Shown here: positions 55,444-62,640 of the stretch, in pieces
Layout of the letters: each line of letters opens with the position of its first letter
Numbering within the stretch: position 1 is the stretch's first letter
Assembly (NCBI RefSeq): GCF_006345805.1
Contig: NW_021836300.1
Location: forward strand, 1 to 64,000
DNA length: 64,000 nt
Direction of reading: 5' to 3'
From: Octopus sinensis
Lineage: Eukaryota
The notes under the pieces: generated by a model
The model's database searches: none
Told to the model about the DNA's origin: nothing
What the model saw: only the letters and a program-made list of their open reading frames with translations
Translations under genes and position numbers: made by a program

Positions 55444-58400
55444 ATTATATATATTTATATATATATATATATAATATATATATATAATATATATATATAT
55501 TATATATATATATAATATATATATACTATATATATATATATATATATATACATATATATATAAAGTGATCAAATAAGTACTAGGCTTAGAAAAATATAAG
55601 TCCCGGGGTTGATTTCTTTGACTAAAACTCTTTAAGACTGTGCTCCAGCGTGGCCGCATTCAAATGACTGAAACAAGAAAAGGAATAAAAGAATATGAAG
55701 AAAAGGTCTTACTTTTGGGGTCACAGAGGTAATTGCAGGCGTCTTTTGTTTTGAAAGAGTTGCGATTACTTAAGCAGTACCCTGGTGGTGCCTTTTGGCA
55801 AGTACCACTTGTCATGTTGTAGTACCATGATGGGCCGATGGCGTCACATATTACTGGGTTCTCAAGTAAAGAGCAAATATCCGTTGCTGAAATGGTAAGG
55901 AACACGGTTTGTTTTAGATAAATGATAACACTAGTGTGTGTGTGTGTGTGTGCCTGTCTGTGTGTGTGTGTGTGTGTCTGTGTGTGTGTGTGTGTGCATG
56001 TCTGCGTGTGTGTGTGTCTGTGTGTGCGTGCGTGTGTGTGTCTGTGTGTGTGTGTGTGTGTGTCTGTGTGTGCGTGCATGTGTGTGTCTGTGTGTGTGTG
56101 TCTGTGTGTGTGTCTGTGTGCGTGTGTGTGTGTGTGTCTGTGTGTGTGTGTGTCTGTGTGTGTTTGTATTTATGTTGTTCCAGATATGACCATCGTTTCT
56201 GTTATTCAAGTTTACTCTGCCTTGGACAACATAAAGACCCCCTTCAGTCATCAGTGACCATGGTACGGCACCTAGAAAGCTCCCTCCGAGGCACAAGTCC
56301 AGGCAAGGTTGTTTATGGAAGACCAGATGTCACCCACGCATGCCAGCCTCCTCACTCCACGCCACCAATGTTATCCAAACGAAAGGTAAAGGCTGATACA
56401 GCTTGGCACCTGTGACATCGCAACTCATTTCTACAGCTGAGCGAACTGGAGCGACGTGAAATGAAGTGTCTTGCTCAAGAACACAACACACAACCTGGTC
56501 TGGTAATACATACATACACACAGATACAGACACACACACATAAAGGGTACAAGGGTAAGGAGACCCTGTGGTGTCGGTGGAGAGGACGACAGATAGGGGA
56601 GGGCGGAAGTAGGGCTTGCAGGGCGCATGCGCGGCAGGAAGCGGAAGTGGTGAGGAACGACGCACGTGTGGCATCGACGAAGCGGGAGTTGCAGCTCACA
56701 TGAAGAAGCGACGAGACGCATTGACCTGGTTGAGCGAGATCTGATCTTCGCTGAGTTTTGGTAGACTAATCTTCGCCGAGGTAAGACCTAATTATATTTC
56801 CTTTCTCCTTTTCTGTTGCCCTCTTTCATCATTCACACCACAGACCCCTTTCTGTCGTGAAGGACTATGGGATTGCAGCTAAAAGGTTCCCCTCAGAGGT
56901 ATGAGCCTGGGCAAGGTTGTTTATAGAATACCAGCAGTCACCCATGCATACCGTCCTCCTCTTCTCCATGCCACTGATGTTATCCAAGGGAAAGGCAAAG
57001 GGGCCAATACAGCTTGGCACCAGTGACGTCGCAACTCATTTCTACAGCTGAGTGAACTGGAGCAACATGAAATAAAGTGTCTTGCTCAAGAACATAACAC
57101 ACATCCTGGTCTGGTAATACATACATACACACAGACACAGACACACACACAAATAAAGGGTAGAAGGGTAAGGACCCCTTTCTGTCATGAAGGACTATGG
57201 GATTGCAGCTAAAAAGTTCCCCTCAGAGGTATGAGCCTGGGCAAGGTTGTTTATAGAATACCAGCAGTCGCCCATGCATACCAGCCTCCTCTTCTCCACA
57301 CCACTGATGTTATCCAAGGGAAAGGCAAAGGGGCCAATACAGCTTGGCACCAGTGACGTTGCAACTCATTTCTACAGCTGAGTGAACTGGAGCAACGTGA
57401 AATAAAGTGTCTTGCTCAAGAACATAACACACATCCTGGTCCAGGAATACATACATACATACATATATGTATATATATATATTCTGAGATCTCCTTCAGT
57501 CACAACACAGATCATGGGATTGCACCAAGAAAGTTACCCTCTCAGGCACAAGTCCAAGCAAGATTGTTTATGGAAGACCAGAGGTCATCCGTGCATACCG
57601 GCCTCCCCTCTCTGATGTTATCTAAGGGAAAGGCAAAGGGGCCGATACAGCTTGGCACCAGTGATGTCGCAACTCATTTCTACAGCTGAGTGAACTGGAG
57701 CAACATGAAATAAAATGTCTTGCTCAAGAACACAACATGCAGCCCAGTCCAGGAATCGAACTCACTACCTCATGATTATGAGCCTGACACTGGAACCACT
57801 AACCCATGCACCAACAACAAAATAACAACAATATCAATAACAAGAACCAAAGAAATTGGTAAATAAAATCATCAGAAATCTTACGCTTCTCTTTCTTGGT
57901 CGGAACCGTGGGTTTAGCAAGGAATGGTTGGCATGCCTTCTGGCAGGTTTCCAAAGTAGCAAATCGGTTGGCGTTGCCTCCACATCCACCATAGGCGAAT
58001 TCTTCACATTGTTTCGATCCCATATTAAAGAACCACTGCTTGCTGTAGGCATAACATGTCCCTGAATCTTGCTTCAGTTGGCATATTCCTGTAGAATTAC
58101 ATAATAGTGACACGTTGTAGGGTGTGTGATTAAGGGTTGATGTAATCAACTAACTTTCTCATCCCAAGGGAGGCTCCTTAGAGTAACCCTTCCACTTGAG
58201 GAAGTGTCATTTGGGTAACTCTTCCACCCAAGGGAGTGTTGTTAGGGAGTTGATATAACTGAATAAACTCTCTCATCCAAGGCAGTGTTATTAGGGTAAA
58301 CCTTCAACCCAGAGGATTGTTATTAGGGGTTGATATAATCAACTAACCCTCGCTCCCTGGAAAGGAATCCAGTTTCGGGTTTTGGGTTCATGGAAATGAC

Positions 58401-60797
58401 TGTTCCTGAAACCCAAGGGAGCATCATTAGAGGGTTGATATGGTTGACAAACAAAAGACAAATATATATTGGGATATTAAGATGGTGTTTGGGACATCAC
58501 AAGAGACAAATATATATTGGAATATTAAGATGGTGTTTGTGACATCACAAAAGACAAATATATATTGGAATATTAAGATGGTGTTTGGGACATCACAAGA
58601 GACAAATATATATTGGAATATTAAGATGGTGTTTGGGACATCACAAAAGACAAATATATATTGGGATATTAAGATGGTGTTTGGGACATCACAAAAGACA
58701 AATATATATTGGGATATTAAGATGGTGTTTGGGACATCACAAGAGACAAATATATATTGGAATATTAAGATGGTGTTTGGGACATCACAAAAGACAAATA
58801 TATATTGGGATATTAAGATGGTGTTTGGGACATCACAAAAGACAAATATGTATTGGAATATTAAGATGGTGTTTGGGACATCACAAAAGACAAATATATA
58901 TTGGGATATTAAGATGGTGTTTGGGACACCACAACAGACAGATAAACATTGGGATATTAAGATGGTGTTTGGGACATCACAAGAGACAAATATATATTGG
59001 GATATTAAGATGGTGTTTGGGACATCACAAAAGACAAATATATATTGGGATATTAAAATGGTGTTTGTGACATCACAAAAGACAAATATATATTGGGATA
59101 TTAAGATGGTGTTTGGGACATCACAAGAGACAAATATACATTGGGATATTAAGATGGTGTTTGGGACACCACAACAGACAGATAAACATTGGGATATTAA
59201 GATGGTGTTTGGGACATCACAAGAGACAAATATACATTGGGATATTAAGATGGTGTTTGGGACACCACAACAGACAGATAAACATTGGGATATTAAGATG
59301 GTGTTTGGGACATCACAAGAGACAAATATATATTGGAATATTAAGATGGTGTTTGGGATATTAGAAAAGACAAATATATATTGGGACATCAAAATGGGAT
59401 TTTAAACAATTAATTCTTACATAAAATTACAAGAGAATGTTTTAATTTAAGCACAAAGATATCAAAATGTGTCATTTGTGTATCACAGAACAAGAGGCAA
59501 ATGTAGATGTTTGTATATCAAGGTATGGAAGGGTTAAAAAGACACAAAAATCTTTCACAGTCAATATTTGTCATTACATCCATGGTTTATATTGCTAAAC
59601 AGGATTACGTTCAGTTGGATTAGAATAGGGGGAGGGGATAATTAATGGATTATTGCAGGAGGATTATAAAATTGTTAGCACAAAATAGGATATCATATTT
59701 ATGGGATTTGCATTCAATATCCAATACAATCACGATATGTTATCACATTGCCATACACACAGACTAAAAAAAAAATGATAAGGGATTGGATGTTTTAATA
59801 AGAGGGATATGGTTATGTAACCAGAAGGGGCTGTATTAGATTTATATGGATGATATTAATCAGCTTTGTGGGATTAAATTTTCAAGGGTTATTTAAAGAA
59901 AATATCAGTGCAAAGATATCGAAGAAATCAAAGAAGAAAGAAATTGAAGTGCCATGAGTATCTGGCACCTGCACATCTTTTAAATATTATATTCCACCCA
60001 GTTAAGGGGTCTTGTCCTGTGAGGACTAGGTGACCTCACTAGGGCTGGTGCCATGAACAAACCACCCAGAGCACTATGTGAAGTGGGTTGGCATTAGAAA
60101 GGGCATCCGGCTGTAGAAACCATGTCAGGGCGGATGTTGTTGCAAAGCCCCCAGGCAGGTATGGTCCTTCTTGGAACAGCTAACCCATGCCAGCATGGAA
60201 AAAGGGACGTTAAATGATGATGACAATGATTATGATGATGATGATGATGATGATGAGGGGGGGTGACTGGGTGGAATTAAAAAGTTTTGATAAATTAATT
60301 TGGATTACCTTTGTAAATTACTTGCAAAAATAATTAAAACTTCGTATGTCATTACATGATGTGTGCAATTAATTTACAGTAAGGGAGCCAAAAACTGTTA
60401 GTATTGAGTAAGGAACATACACACACACAAACCAATATATATATATACACATACACACACACACATATATATATATATACACAAACACATATATATACAT
60501 ATATATATATATTTCTTTACTACCCACAAGGGGCTACACACAGAGGGGACAAACAAGGACAGACAAGCGGATTAAGTCGATTATATCGACCCCAATGCGC
60601 AACTGGCACTTAATTTATCGACCCCGAGAGGATGAAAGGCTAAGTCGACCTCGGCGGAATTTGAACCCAGGACGTAGCGGCAGACGAAATACGGCTACGC
60701 ATTTCGCCCGGCGTGCTAACGATTCTACCAGCTCGCCGCCTATATACATATATACCTATATACATATATATATATCTATATACATGTATATAGTGTG

Positions 60798-60874
<77 letters not shown>

Positions 60875-61430
60875 CTGTAAATGTAGTATGTGACAATTAT
60901 TCGGTAGCCATGATAAAACTCCGTGTTTTGGATGCTGAGGTGGAAATCCATGCCGCCATCTCTTCAGTTATCCGGCTATGAAAAATGCTATGAAAAATGA
61001 CTTAGCATTTTTCCGATGGCCGGATAACTGAAGAGATGGTGTCGTGGATTTCCCTCTTAGCATTCGAAACACGGAGTTTTATCATGGCTACCGAATAATT
61101 GTCACATATTATATTTACAGATAAATTCCTCTGTTACATAATATCGAGGTCTCTTTCATTCTTTTGTTGTCTTACCAGTTTTATCAATATATACATATAT
61201 ATATAAATGTATATATACATATACCGGAGTAAGCACATAAATGTGAAACAGGGTGGAAAAAAGGGTACTCAAATACCAGGGGTAGAGTAGAGTAATATAT
61301 TTAAAGCAGCAGAAAATTCAACAAAACCTGTTACTCTGAGTTTCCCGTTCCCGTTTGTCGGACAGTCCGACGAACGGGAACGTGAAACTCAGAGTAACAG
61401 GTTTTGTTGAATTTTCTGCTGCTTTATAAA

Positions 61431-61472
<42 letters not shown>

Positions 61473-62022
61473 ACAAATAATAAATAAAACATATGCATAT
61501 ATACATACATATATGTATGTACCTACATCTATATGTATATATACATGCATATATGGGTACAGGACACAAAAAAAACGCCGAACACAATGAGAAACGAAAA
61601 CATAAACACAAAACCATGGAAACAGGCATTTTTTTAAACAATGAGAAAACAGGGCACAAGACATACAACACAAGGAAAATTCCCCTTCAGCAGTCGCCTT
61701 TGTTTCATCTACTCCATGTTTCGAAGGTAAAGGCGAGACACGACTTCGGTGAAACGGTCCTTCCCGCAAAGCAAATTAAATAAAATTTGAGATTTTTTGC
61801 GGTGGGGTAAAAACGGTAACAAAAACAGGACAACAAAAACAATACCAGGCAGTAAAAATACAAATAAAAACAGTAAACAACAGGACAAGTAGAATAACAG
61901 TAATACAATATATATATAATATATACACACACTATATAAACATGTATATTATATATATATATATATATGTATACATATCTAATGTATATATTATATATAT
62001 ATATGTATATATATATTATATG

Positions 62023-62054
<32 letters not shown>

Positions 62055-62117
62055 ATTAATATATATATATATATATATATATAATGTAAATATATATATA
62101 TATGTATATATATATTT

Positions 62118-62190
<73 letters not shown>

Positions 62191-62329
62191 TATATATATA
62201 TATATATATGTCTAATATATATTATCTATATGTTATATATATATATATGTATATATTATAGATATGTTATATATATACATATATATATCTATATATATAC
62301 TATATATATATATATATATATACAATATT

Positions 62330-62383
<54 letters not shown>

Positions 62384-62480
62384 CATATTATATATATATT
62401 ATATCATAATATATAACATATATATATATATACATATATAATATACATATATATATATACATATATATTATATACATATC

Positions 62481-62515
<35 letters not shown>

Positions 62516-62587
62516 CTATACATATATATATATATATATACATATATTATATATATAATATATATATAGATATATATATATATATAT

Positions 62588-62640
<53 letters not shown>

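Noticed and set aside
58427-59405. Two overlapping 321-aa ORFs on opposite strands with a 16-aa repeat
   Set aside because: Result of a 48-bp minisatellite whose unit has no stop in those frames; no splice context or domain similarity.
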